From positions 1,344,654 through 1,408,653 of the forward strand of contig NW_003314308.1 of the NCBI RefSeq assembly GCF_000143415.4: 64,000 bases of DNA. Direction: 5' to 3'. This document shows, piece by piece, positions 23,678 through 36,154 of this stretch (the first letter of the stretch is position 1; every line of letters begins with the position of its first letter). The notes under the pieces were generated by a model, which searched no databases, had not been told where the DNA came from, and saw only the letters and a list, made by a program, of their open reading frames with translations. Source of the stretch: Selaginella moellendorffii (Eukaryota > Plantae > Lycopodiophyta). Made by a program: the position numbers and the translations under genes.

Positions 23678-25534
23678 TCAAAGTTGCTGCCTGTATAAGC
23701 TGGCCAGCTGGACATAAGCCGACGAAGAAGATGCTCCAGCTGCCGCGAGAGATGCCGTGAGGGAATCGCCGTGGATTCCACAAGATCCCAGCAATGCCCC
23801 CCAGCCATCCGCTCTAGCACCAACTGGAATGCTTTCGATCAACTCCCTGGCCTCCGGCACTCCTCCCGATCGCCCTAGAACATCCAGCATACTCACGAAG
23901 AGCTCTGGGCTCGCGGTGATGCCATAGTCGCGATCGATAGATGCGAAGCAGCTGCGCGCCTGATCGATCATCCCTGCGTGGCTGCACGCCAGGAAATTGA
24001 TGCCCAGAGCGACGAGATCGGGCTGGAATCCCTCTTGCCCCATTCTCTGGAACAAGTTCACGGCTTCTCCGTGCTGACCACCAGAGGCAAGAGCAGCCAT
24101 CATGGCCGTCCACGTGTACGTATTCCAGTTCTCCCGGGCTGCGATCGTGCGGCCGGCGAAGACGCTCCAGGCGTCGGCCACGTGTCCACATCTGCCGTAC
24201 AGTGTGATGAGCGCCGTGGCCAGTTTGACGGGCGAGTGGACCGCCACGGAAATGGCCACTGCGTGCTCGTGAATGGTACGGCCTTCGTCCAGGGCTAGCA
24301 GGCGAGCACAGGCGTCGAGAGCTATGAGAAGAGAGATGGAATTGGGCGAGATACCCTCCAAATCCATTTGCTTGAAAAGATCAAGGGCTCTTCTTTCTTT
24401 GCGATTGATCAAAAACGCTGCCATCAGCGCGTTCCAAGACACCACATTGTCGATGCCGCGGTCGTGGTCGCCATCAAAGAACAAGAGCTCTGCAGTTTCT
24501 AGGCTGCCACATTCGCCACATTTGGCAATCAGCGCGTTCCGGAGCTTGAATCCCCTCTTCTGGAGGCCTTGGTTATCATCCAGTGCAGTGTGGCGGAGCT
24601 GATCGAAGTTAGAGCAAGCTTCTGTAACACTGATCAGCGTGATCTCGTCCGGTGGAATCCCTGCGAGATCCATGCTAGCAAACAGCCTCACCGCCTCGGA
24701 TTTGAGCTGTGATTGGCGGCTAAACGCCGAGATGATGGAATTCCAGGTCCCAATTGTGGCAATCCCTGTAGCGCAGCAGCGATCAAAAATCCTCCTCGCC
24801 TCGGACAAGCACCCACATTTGCTGTACATGGCGATGAGCGCATTGTCAATGTGGCCGTCTCTTCGATTGACGGTGGCGTTGTCAATCAGCCTGTGAATCG
24901 CTCGCCCTTTCGCTAAATCCCCTTCATCTCCACAAGCGCCAAGAACACTCACGAACGCGATCCCATCAGCCTTGATTCCTTCCAAGCACGCTATTGCAAA
25001 AACCAGCAATGCCTCCCTTGGCTCGTTACATTGGCCGTGGGCTGTGATCATGGCCGTCCATGTCACGAGCCCTCGAGAAACGGACGGCATCGACTCGAAC
25101 ACATCCCTGGCGTTTCCCATGGCACCACATCTCGCAAACATGGTGATGGCCGCGTTAGATACCTTGAAAGATTCGCAACCAGATTCTTTGACCAACCTAT
25201 AGGCTTGGACTCCCTGCGCCAAGCCTGCCAGCTTCCCACAGGCATCCAGCGCGCATATCCACGTCACCTCCGTGGCACCAATGCCTTCCTGCCACATGGC
25301 ACGGAGCAGAGTGAGGGCCTCCCTGGCATGCCCGTTCTGCGAGTATGCCGCCAACATGGCGTTCCACGTCACCACATTCTTCGCGGGCATCCGGTCAAAC
25401 ATCTCTTTGGTCTCTTGCAAATGCCCATTGCGGGCATATGCCGCGAGCATGATGTTCCACGAGAAGGAATTCCTCTCGTGGATAGCCTCAAACGCTGCAT
25501 GGGCGTCCTCCACGCATCCACACTCCCCATACAT
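23678..25534 (-). CDS. PLS-class PPR protein with a C-terminal E domain and no DYW (organellar RNA-editing factor family); true 5' end uncertain
   Basis: 618-aa ORF of P-L-S repeats ending ACSHAG...MLDVLGRSG...WGALLGSCGIHG...AYVQLASLY. The frame stays open and PPR-like upstream to 25711. Confidence 0.88.
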   Translation of the reverse strand: MYGECGCVEDAHAAFEAIHERNSFSWNIMLAAYARNGHLQETKEMFDRMPAKNVVTWNAMLAAYSQNGHAREALTLLRAMWQEGIGATEVTWICALDACGKLAGLAQGVQAYRLVKESGCESFKVSNAAITMFARCGAMGNARDVFESMPSVSRGLVTWTAMITAHGQCNEPREALLVFAIACLEGIKADGIAFVSVLGACGDEGDLAKGRAIHRLIDNATVNRRDGHIDNALIAMYSKCGCLSEARRIFDRCCATGIATIGTWNSIISAFSRQSQLKSEAVRLFASMDLAGIPPDEITLISVTEACSNFDQLRHTALDDNQGLQKRGFKLRNALIAKCGECGSLETAELLFFDGDHDRGIDNVVSWNALMAAFLINRKERRALDLFKQMDLEGISPNSISLLIALDACARLLALDEGRTIHEHAVAISVAVHSPVKLATALITLYGRCGHVADAWSVFAGRTIAARENWNTYTWTAMMAALASGGQHGEAVNLFQRMGQEGFQPDLVALGINFLACSHAGMIDQARSCFASIDRDYGITASPELFVSMLDVLGRSGGVPEARELIESIPVGARADGWGALLGSCGIHGDSLTASLAAAGASSSSAYVQLASLYRQQL

Positions 25535-25789
25535 CTGGACGAGAAGATTCCCTAGATACCTGTCGCCGCCATAGCCAGAGGTGTGGAGCTGGGCGTGGAT
25601 CTCCCTGCCACGTTCGATCTCCCGCCGCCGCCCACATCCCCGCAGCTCGCTCGCAAACCAGTCCTGGACTGCCGCCAGTTCTATTACAGGAAGCTTGATG
25701 CTGAGCCACAGCTAACTAGAATGTGTAGATTTGGATTCCATGATTCCAAGTCCTGAGGCTAATCGAATTGCAATGGAATTGCCGATCGA

Positions 25790-26085
25790 TGCGTGTACGG
25801 ATCAGGCGGTGGGGAGGCTCTTGCACGGAGTTTACCCTCGAAAGCCACGGCAATGCTCAACGCACTGGTGACTATGTACAGCAAGTGTGGCGACCTCGTA
25901 CGGGCGGAGGGCGATCACGTGTCCATGGTAGATCCTATCCTGTGGAATACGATGATTGGAGCATACGCTCAGTTTGGGCATATGCCCGGTGCTTTGGAAG
26001 CTCTTGAGGGAAATTGGAGCTTCTCCGACCACTGTGACTTTCACGAGCTCTCTAGTGGGTTGTAGCTGGAGAGGATTCTTTGAAG
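25790..26085 (+). pseudogene. PPR fragment
   Basis: NALVTMYSKCGDL..ILWNTMIGAYAQFGH..PTTVTFTSSLVGCS, frameshifted. Confidence 0.75.
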
Positions 26086-26629
26086 AACTGAGTTTTATGA
26101 ATCAAAACATTTCTCAGATTAAAAAAGGAAAATACTTTAAATTAATACCTTCTTAGAGTTAAGTATTTAATAATTTTTTGATTGTTATTATAATATAGAA
26201 TTTCTTACAATGCTGCAAAACTAGGTGTTGCATTCTTTGTATTTTCGTCTGGAATATAGTGGAAATTTCAACTTTTGTTCCTATTACTTAAAATATATTT
26301 GTTTCTGTTAGGATGTACTTGAATATTTTAGCATATTCTAACAATTATAATGTAACTCCAACATTTATTATTTTGTTAAGAAGCCTAAAGAGGCCTAAAT
26401 GCATATGTTTAAAACGATCACAAATACTTAACCGAATTAAGTAAGAAACAGTTTAACCACTTGATCATCCTAAGCTGGATGCCACCTGCATCTGTACTCA
26501 CAAGCACACAGTGATCACACAGTGATCACAAAGTGAAGCTTGCAGTTGGCACAGTTCTCACAGGTTCTATTCTTTCCCCAACAGAACCTGGTAGCCTGCT
26601 TCTTTGACGGGATCTTTGGCTCCGTGAGC

Positions 26630-28382
26630 TTAATTTGGTCGAACCATTTCAGCGATTTCGTCTATATCGCTTAGACTTTTGACGTCCGTCACCTGCAAGC
26701 CTTTCAACTTCACTGTATCAGGCATGGCATAGTAGTACAAGGACTCGACCGTGGCAGCTCCCAGTCCTTTTTTCCATTCCGGAAGGACCTCATCCTTCCA
26801 CACTGTATGAGACCTTTTCTTCTCCTTCGCCTTCCACTGAGCAACTGTAATCTGAAGAGCTACCACCAGGTAATTTCCGTTGGCGAATAGCTTGATGTAT
26901 ACGAGATCCACAGCCTTCTCGTTGAATGCTTGAGGACCCATCAAGACACCCTCCTGCAAGTCCTGGAGCGCTATGTTGCGAAGAGCAGCCACTTCGTGGC
27001 CATGAGCATACGTCCTGTACCACTTGAACGAATAAGCGTCATCAAACAGCCTCCCCTGTACCCGAATGACGCTGATCACTAGGCCTTCAATGTGCCAGCC
27101 GATGCGAGAGGGGTTCCTTTCTGCAAGCTCACTTCTGCAGTCCAGCTCTACTGCGTTTGTCCACTCTGAAAGTAGCAGCTTCTTGTCCAGCTCCTTTCCC
27201 TTTACTACATTGGTCGTGTTGGCGCTGAGAAGCTCCATTCTAGCATTTTGAAGCCCCACAATGCAAATCGATTGCAGGTCATTGGGGCTAAAGGCAGTGG
27301 CAAGAGTACTGTCATGAGCACCGAAGCTGGCTTCCTCCTCGCAAACGGCAAAAAGGTGGTGTATATCTCGGCAACCCGTTACATCTCAGAGCCGGCCAGG
27401 GTTCTGCTCGAAGCCTTGTTACTTGCATTTGGCCAGTGCAAGACCGTGAGGGAGGAGTTGCAGGATTTGCCCAGTGTAGAAGACCTGGTGGCGTGGTGCG
27501 AGGGCACGACAGGTTTGCTTTTTACCACAGCTGCTTCATCGCCTGAAAGATCACCTGGTTCGTGCCTCTGGAGTCAGTGTTCGCATCACAGTCTTGTCCA
27601 TAGACAGCCCCGAGCCATATGAAAGTGCAAAACTTGACAAGGCTGAAGACTATATGCTAACTGAAGAGTTTGACGGTCCCTACACGGAAGAGGAGCTGAA
27701 TACATGGATTGCGCAGGCAAATCTACCAGCTTCTGCGCTGCTGGATCTGGATAATCTGACGGGGGGAGCACCGCGCTTGTTACGCTTCTACGGAGAATGT
27801 GGTGGCGACAGGCAGCAGTGGCTGAAACGTATTAAAGCCAAGTACGAGGATAAGCTCTGGACGGAATTCGTTGGAAAGTTGGACTCGAAGGAAGATCTGG
27901 TCTCTGCTATCAACATGGTGATGGGTGATGGAAAACTACATCCGCGGCTAGCTCCGAAGATCAAGCTTACCTGCTTCTGCAAAGACCTTAATGACAGATT
28001 TCGGGTTCGGTCACCGTACTTTCGAACCCAGGCAGAGACCCTGTTAACAGATCCAGCAGCTCCTGGTATCGCTGTTCAATCATCACGCCCCTGTCCTCCC
28101 GCCTTCTTTTCATCATTCCTGTCGAGAAGCGGGTCACTGGCACACGAGAGGAAAGAAAGACGGAAGCCCGTACCAGCAAGTGTGAAGGGCTCGAGCAGAG
28201 CATTGACTTGCTGAATGCGAGTTGGGAGTGCCGATACGAGACACTCGCAGAGTCGCCCAGCACCCTGAGCTCGGCGATAAGCGTTGGCATCCACGAACCC
28301 CGCCGCCGAAAGATTTTGGAAGTCGTCCGCTGTGAACAGCTCGAAATCGACGCCACTCACCAGTGACGCCCTCCGCCGCCAT
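26630..28382 (-). pseudogene. CR-like header + P-loop NTPase + REase-like gene, copy A, broken by an internal inversion
   Basis: The header (28382-28150) and the open C-terminal domain (27200-26630) are on the minus strand. The NTPase part (GAKGSGKS) at 27204-28050 lies on the plus strand. Confidence 0.85.
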
Positions 28383-28604
28383 AAGCAACCAACCGGGTTT
28401 AACACAAGAATATCCAGGTATATTGTGCCACTTTAGGGTATGACGATGTTTAACTGATGTCTGCCACTTTTAGACTTTAGACGATGTATCTTTGAGCTTT
28501 GAGCTATGGAGTTTTTTGCTTGCTTTTAGTGCGTTTGAGGGGAACCAAAGGTGCTGAGCTGTGTGGATTAAAGTTTTCTTTTAATTGTCTTCAAAAAAAA
28601 TCCC

Positions 28605-29290
28605 CCACAAGTGCCAAGAACACTCACGAACGCGGTCCTCATTTGCTGTACATGGCGATGAGCGCATTGTCAATGTGGCCGTCTCTTCGATTGAGCACCA
28701 CATCTCGCAAACATGGTGATGGCCGCGTTAGATACCTTGAAAGATTCGCAACCAGATTCTTTGACCAACCTATAGGCTTGGACTCCCTGCGCCAAGAGCC
28801 ACACGCATCCAGCGCGCATACCCACGTCACCTCCGTGGCACCAATGCCTTCCTGCCACATGGCACGGAGCAGAGTGAGGACCTCGTTCTGCGAGTATGCC
28901 GCCAGCATGGCGTTCCACGTCACCACATTCTTCGCAGGTCAAACATCTCTTTGGTCTCTTGCAAATGCCCATTACGGGTATATGCCGCGAGCATGATGTT
29001 CCACGAGAAGGAATTCCTCTCGTAGATAGCCTCAAACGCTGCATGGGCGTCCTCCACGCATCCGCACTCCCCATACATTTGGACAAGAAGATTCCCTAGA
29101 TACCTGTCGCCGCCATAGCCAGAGGTGTGGAGCTGGGCGTGGATCTCCCTGCCACGTTCGATCTCCCGCCGCCGCCCACATCCCCGCAGCTCGCTCGCAA
29201 ACCAGTCCTGGACTGCCGCCAGTTCTATTACAGGAAGCTTGATGCTGAGCCACAGCTAACTAGAATGTGTAGATTTGGATTCCATGATTC
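28605..29290 (-). pseudogene. Deleted 5' duplicate of the PPR gene at 23678-25741
   Basis: Blocks match 24815-25760 with large deletions. Confidence 0.85.
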
Positions 29291-29324
29291 CAAGTCCTGA
29301 GGAATTGCAATGGAATTGTCGATC

Positions 29325-29790
29325 GATGCGTGTACGGATCAGGCGGTGGGGAGGCTCTTGCACGGAGTTTATCCTCGAAAGCCACGGCAATGCTCAACGC
29401 ACTGGTGACTATGTACAGCAAGTGTGGCGACCTCGTACGGGCGGAGGGCGATCACGTGTCTATGGTAGATCCTATCTTGTGGAATACGATGATTGGAGCA
29501 TATGCCCAGTTTGGGCATATGGCCGGTGCTTTGGAAGCTCTTGAGGGAAATTGGAGCTTCTCTGACCACTGTGACTTTCACGAGCTCTCTAGTGGGTTGT
29601 AGCTGGAGAGGATTCTTCGAAGAATCGAGGGAATTGTTTCTCGCAATGTAAGACTGTGGATTGGATCCCAATGGCGAGCACTTTGATCTCTTGTGTTGCG
29701 CGGGGAAGCTTCAGGAGGCTCGGGATTTTATCGTTAGAACTCCGTGCGTGGTCGGCTCTTGTGACTGCTTGTAGCGTTCATGGGGGCCTT
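29325..29790 (+). pseudogene. PPR/E-domain fragment
   Basis: Longer version of 25790-26085, with frameshifts and stops. Confidence 0.7.
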
Positions 29791-31404
29791 ATGTCTGTCT
29801 CTCCATTCCTCAGCGGGAATACAAGATGATGTTGCAGAGCAAGAAAGAATAGATCTTTTGCTCAAAACAAAGTAAAGCTTGAAGAGCTATCAAATTGCCA
29901 TTTTAATGGTACCAAGTCCAAAGACTTCACTGTATACACAACTAGATCTAGCTCGTAAGAAATAGAGAGAACGTTTTCGTGGCAAATTTGCTCATCCAGA
30001 TGCACGGTAAATGCAAGGATTTTTCCGAATGATGCCGGCAACTATAATGGTTTTTGCAAGCTGCAAGGGGCAATGACAGTGAGGCATGTGCCTTACAGGA
30101 GAGCTTATTGCAGGGATATGCGGAGAATTGTCTTCTAGACAAAAGAAAAAAACTACTTTGTGTGTTCAACTTTAGGGTTTTAAGGAATATTTTCATAATA
30201 TTGAATTTGTGCCAAAGCAAAAGTCTAACAAATGTAACATATTTAGATCAAAAGTTCTAATTTGAACAATCAAGAGTAAGTAGTATAAAAGGATTGTCTT
30301 CTAAACTTTAGGGGTCCATATAAGATTGTAAACGGAGTACTTTAGGGGAACTAATGTAATTAAGAAAGGCTATATCAGGTGGTGGGTGATGACATACAAA
30401 ATGAAATGCTTAGTGATTTAGTGGAGTTAAGGGATAGTTTAAAAAATTTATATTTGTGTTAGGGCTTAAGATTCAAATATGAAAATAATGAGTACCTCAT
30501 TAGTGGTTGAGAGTGCCATGTGTAAAACATGAAAAAATATTTAGAAAGGAAAATAATTTTTGAGGAAAGTTCTGTTTTAGCCATTATTAGATATTCTAGT
30601 CTTGGCAAAAGGCATGGAATATGTTATAAAGATAAACTCATAAAGCTGATAGTGTGGAGATATTAAATATTTCATTAAAATATACATTGAGTGGGTGAAG
30701 ATGGCCAGTTTATGAAGGAGTTTTGAAGGAAACAAAATTGACCCAGCCTAAGCTAAAAGGCTTGTGTTTTGATATAATGAGTTCTAGAACATCATAGCTT
30801 TAACTTTGAGGTTATTAAGCATAATTTTGATATAATTGATTAAAGTGGTGGAAGTTAACTTCCTTAAACTTTTTGTTGGGATACGAAACAAGTTTGAGAT
30901 ATCCCTTGAGGGATAAATTGCTTATGTTATAATATAGTGAGTCATTGTTGAATAAGAAAATGTTCATTTTTCTAAGAAGTCTATATTTAAATATATAAAC
31001 ATATAAAACATTGAAGAAATAGTTTTTAGTAAGGCCCATAAAGAATGATGGATAGAATCTAAAGTTTAAGTTTAAGAAAAGCTAAAGACAAAAGAAACCT
31101 TAATTATCTAAAGTGGATAAAGCTAAAATGATATTGCCATTGCTAAGTAATGGGGACTGCCCATAAGTAACAATGTTAATCCTAATATGTGTAATTATAA
31201 ATTAAAAATACTTGCTAAAGCACAATTAAGTGAAAATTTTACCTCCTAGCATGAAGGAGAATAAGTAAAATGAATGTATGAGGCCGCAAATTAAGAGAGT
31301 GAGGAATCAAGAATGAGCTCAAGGGTTTATTAATTATAACTATGGTGCCATAAAGAGTTTAAAATATGAAAGTTTTAATGTTAAATTGGGTGATGGATAT
31401 AAAA

Positions 31405-32894
31405 TGTAAGTTCCATCGGGCTCCTCCTAAAGTCATATATTCTGATTTTAGAAGGCCTCAAAAAATCTTGAATCGCTTGCGTGTGACTAAATTTTCCATT
31501 TTAATTTAATCCTTTAACCACACTTCCAACCACTTGGAGGAGTCTCACTCATAATCTCTATAAATCTTCTTTTGGACTTAGGGTTTGTTACCCTTAAGAA
31601 TGGCATCTTTGCCATTCAACTTTTGCATTTGGTCTAAATGCTCCACATGTCCAATCCCATGACTGACACCCAAAAGTACCGCTGACATATCAGCCCATTA
31701 CACTAAGGCCACACCCATTCACCTTTGCCATACTAATGGTCTAACACCACTTACATCATAGTCCCATGTCTTAAAGACTGGGCCATCCGTCCATGAGTAG
31801 TCATCCCAAATCCACTCTTTAGCATCCTTAAGATGCTTGCAGACATAGGGAATAGCCTTCCTTAATATCCCTTTTATAGTTTTTGTCAAGTTCCTTTTCT
31901 GTCCATGGCCATATTCACCAACACTTCTATGGTTAGTACACCAGAGGACTACTTCTCTTCCTTTCCATAGTCTGCGACTTTGGGACAACATTTCAGAACA
32001 CCATGGCTTTACACAAGCCTCATGGGTACTCTCCCCACCTTCTGCTTTTGGGTGCTCTAGCCATGGGCTAAGAGCGAAGTTTCATTGAGCCACAGCAGGT
32101 ATCCAAGTAGATAGTGCCACCCATGCTTGGACTGGGAGCATCAACCATTTGATTTCCCAGGGGAACTAAAGCCAACTTTTGAACACTTCACCAAACTACT
32201 CCACTTGTCGGTCCATATTCACTCTAGCCTTGGACTTCCCAGTGGTTATTTCATCACCCAACACCTGGGTATAGCTTTCCTGGGCCAAACTAACCTTTCC
32301 TAACCAAACTAGCTCCACTAGGGTTGAACCCCCACACTCTCCCTATTATACTTTTGGAACCCTCTACAGCCCCCCTGTTGGGGGATGATCACTTTAAGCT
32401 TTCACCCAATAGCTTGTATTAGTATTCGGACTTAGACTCAAACTTGGACTCGGACTCGGTCTCAGTCTCGGTCTCAATTCCATCTCGGACTCCATCTCAG
32501 ATTCCATCTCGGATCCATCTTGAACTCCATCTCAGACTCCATCTCGGGTCCATCTCGGACTCTATCTTGGGTCCATCTCAAACTCCATCTCGGACTTCAT
32601 CTCATGTCCATCTCGGACTCCATTTCAGACTCTATCTCGGGTCTATCTCGAACTCCATCTCAAACTCCACCACGTGTTATATGTTGGTCCTCTTGTGTCC
32701 CTTTTTTAGAGACTCACTTATTGCTTGTTTCATGCTTATTTTTGAGCACTTCGTTGGGAGTTGCACTCCCACTCTTGACTGTCTAAGTCAGAGTTTTTAG
32801 TCCAAACATGTTACTCTCGTTTGGCTTCCGCTTCAGCCACTACCACATGGCACCCTTTCGGCTCCACTTTTGGGGCTTTGGGATTTGTGTCTCA
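31405..32894. mobile_element. ~1.49 kb TG...CA insertion, probable solo LTR
   Basis: Starts tgtaag and ends gtctca, flanked by taaaa / tataa (imperfect TSD). The paralogous sequence at ~39830-39850 (ggatataaaccttatgaaagctc) lacks it and gives the empty site. Confidence 0.65.
32425..32670. repeat. Minisatellite: 6-bp (gactcg) units then 12-bp (actccatctcgg) units
   Basis: Direct tandem repeats, which produce low-complexity ORFs in all three + frames. Confidence 0.9.
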
Positions 32895-34701
32895 TATAAA
32901 GCCTATGAAAGCTCGTGAAACTAGAAGTATCCATACTAAGTTAAATGGTAGCCAAAACATTTGTGAAAGGAGAGGCATTAATAAACTAACAGATGGATTT
33001 TAGTAAATTGATATTAGGATGTCAAGTACAAATGGTTCATAAAATATGCAAAGTCAAAATAGTGTGGTAAAATGTGGTTTTGACGGTTGTTAGAAGGCAA
33101 GGTTACCAAAGTTTGGGAAGTAATTTCTGCACGTTCAAAAGGATGATTTTGAATGGAAGTTGATATCATTTAGATAAACTAAAAATCATGTATAACTAAA
33201 TGCTAATTCCTTGGTAAATATAATACAATTGAGAACTAGTTATAATATGGAATTTTAGCAGTGTGAGAGTCCAATAAATGGAATATAAATCCACTAGTCG
33301 AGTCTATATACCTAGAAGTGTCATTAGACAAAAGCCACTTCGAATATCACAAGTGGTGACATGCCATTTATTCTACCTTCAAGCTAGGTCTCCTCTTACC
33401 TGTATCTATGACAACTAAGTTCGTGTGTGACCACATACCATGGGACCTGCATGATGTGGAGCCAACTTTTCCATAGTGCCACACAATTAAGATTGTGTTT
33501 GACTTTCATGATGTTGAGTTAGGCCTCCAAAGAAAGTTGAGATCTCATGTGTCCACATTTGCATTTAAGCCAGCTACACTGGAGAGGATTGTCAAGACAA
33601 ACAAGGCACTATCTCCCTCTATTGTTGCCACAATCAGCCTTGCAAAACCATCCTCTAGACCATCAATGTAAATGGGCACACATCATCAGGTCAAAATTGA
33701 CTTATACTGTTTTGTGTTAATGGGTTCTATTGGCAGAAGTACTTGCTGGGTTTTTATCTAAATGGTGTATTTTTTGCACACTTGCATGGCTCTTCTAATG
33801 TTGTCCCTCCCACCAAAAGCAACAGTCACAAATTGGTCAAAAGGAACAAATTCAGCAGTAACAAGTTGGTCAAAAGGGGCAGATTCACCCTACTCACACA
33901 GGGGGACTTCAGGAGCTAGTAATGACTTGTGAGAATTGAAACAATAATTCAGGTTTAATGTGCAGAGGGTTTTTGAAATTCAAACTTTCTGAATTTTATA
34001 CAAACTAGTAACTAGATATTCTCTAACATGATCAGACATATCATCAAAGCCGAGGTACTGTTTCTTGGTGTTCCAAGCTCTGAATAAGAAATGACATGAA
34101 AGCAAGTAGACTGAACTTATCACAAAAGTGCAAATACTAGACCTCAAGATTGAAAGGGCCAACTGTTAACAAAGGTGGCAGCTTAAGTTGATTCTGACCA
34201 TAAGTTAGCCAAAGAAGAAGGTATAAAACGCATGATGTTTAGTTTAAATCGAAATATAATTGTGCATTTCTAACATCCATTTTCATTGATTCAAGTAACT
34301 GTCTTTTGCAAAATGTACATCACCTTTATATAATGCAAATTTTCATTGAAGTGCAGTCCTAATACCAAGTGCCTTTTTCCAATGGTGAGGTCTTTAACAA
34401 TGAATTTTGAGAGGAATCTTCAAAACATTTCTGAACTATTCAGTTTTAAAATGGAAAATACTTTAAATTAATACTTTACCTGAGTTACGTTTGACTGTTT
34501 ATTTGAATAGTGTTATTATAATATAGAATTTCTTACAACTAAGTGGAAATTTCAAGTTTTGTTCCTGATACTTAAAATATATTTGGTTTCTGTTAGGATG
34601 TACTTGAATTCTAGCATATTCTAACAATTATAATGTGCCAACATTTCTAAAGAGGTGTTTAAAACGCTCACAAATATATTCCGAATTAAGTAAGAAACAG
34701 T

Positions 34702-36061
34702 TTAACCAGCAGCAGCTTCTTTGTCCAGCTCCTTTCCCTTTTTTGTTAACAGGGTCTCTGCCTGGGTTCGAAAGTAAGGTGACAGAACCCGAAATCTGTT
34801 ATTAAGGTCTTTGCAGAAGCAGGTAAGCTTGATCTTCGGAGCTAGCCGCGGATGTAGTTTTCCATCACCCATCACCATGTTGATAGCAGCGACCAGATCT
34901 TCCTTCGAGTCCAGCTTTCCAACGAATTCCGTCCAGAGCTTATGCTCGTACTTCTCTTCAATATGTTTCAGCCACTTCTGCCTGTCGCCACCACATTCTC
35001 CGTAGAAGCGTAACAAGCGCGGTATTCCCCCCGTCAGATTATCCAGATCCAGCAGCGCAGAAGCTGGTAGATTTGCCTGCGCAATCCATGTATTCAGCTC
35101 CTCTTCCGTGTAGGGACCGTCAAACTCTTCAGTTAGCTCATGGTCTTCAGCCTCATATTGCCCGGGGCTGTCTATGGACAAGACTGTGATGCGAACACTG
35201 ACTCCAGAGGCACGAACCAGGTGAGCTTTCAGGCGATGAAGCAGCCGTGGCTCCACCTTATCATTCTTCTTTGGATCAAGCTCTTCCCAGTCATCGATGA
35301 TGAAAAGCAAACCTGTCCTGCCCTCGCACCACGCCACCAGGTCTTCTACACTGAGCAAATTCTGCAACTCCTCCCACACGGTCTTGCACTGGCCAAATGC
35401 AAGCAGCAAGGCCTCGAGCAGAACCTTGTCCGGCTCTGAGATGTAACGGGTTGCCGAGATATACACCACCTTTTTGCCGTTGGCGAGGAGGAAGCCGGCT
35501 TCGGTGCTCATGACAGTACTCTTGCCACTGCCTTTACCCCCAATGACCTGCAATCGATTTGCATTGTGGAGCTTCAAAATGCTAGAATGGAGCTTCTCAG
35601 CGCCAGCACGACCAATGTAGTTGTACTTGTCGTCCATGTTTTCAGGGGGATTAAGAGTTGGTCGAAGCAGCCCCGAGTAAACAGCTCCTCCATCCCACAG
35701 GAATGAGCAATCCTTGCCAGCGTACAATTCCTGCAGCTCCTTGTATCGCTGTTCAATCATCACGGCCTTGTCCTCCCGCTTTCTTTTCATCCTTCCTGTC
35801 GAGAAGCGGGTCACTGGCACACGAGAGGAAAGAAAGACGGAACGTACCAGCAGGTGCGAAGGCCAGTAGCAAAGCATTGACTTGCTGAGGGCGAGTTGGG
35901 AGTGCCGATACGAGACACTCACGGAGTCGCCCGACACGCTGAGCTCGGCGATAAGCGTTGGCATCCACGAACCCGTCCGCGGAAAGATTTTGGAAGTCGT
36001 CCGCTGTGAACAGCTCGAAATCGACGCCACTCACCAGTGAGCGCACCACCTCCGCCGCCAT
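34702..36061 (-). CDS. CR-like header + P-loop NTPase protein, copy B (435 aa), C-terminal nuclease domain deleted
   Basis: Exon 1 36061-35848, 52-nt GT-AG intron, exon 2 35795-34702, in frame. Walker A GGKGSGKS, Walker B LLFIIDD, TGGIPRLL motif. Confidence 0.7.
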
Positions 36062-36154
36062 AAGCAACCAATCCTTAGGGTTTAGCACAAGAATATCCAG
36101 GTATATCCTTGGTGTCTGCCACTTTTAGACTTTAGAGTATGACGTTGTGTCTTT

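Noticed and set aside
25712-25714. Stop codon repaired by U-to-C RNA editing
   Set aside because: Such editing is known for organellar transcripts, and this is a nuclear gene.
32425-32800. CRISPR-like array or Ser/His-rich proteins
   Set aside because: These are contiguous 6/12-bp tandem units with no unique spacers and no cas genes, in a eukaryotic context. The ORFs are by-products of the repeat. The same applies at 48750-49150.
35814-35847. Ultra-short 32-37 nt intron in the CR-like genes
   Set aside because: An in-frame acceptor 18 nt further on, preceded by a TGAC branch-like motif, gives 50-55 nt introns typical of the window. That reading is preferred, though unproven.
34702-36061. 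NB-ARC/NLR resistance gene
   Set aside because: No RNBS, MHD, TIR or LRR features are visible, and the C-terminus in copies A and C is REase-like.
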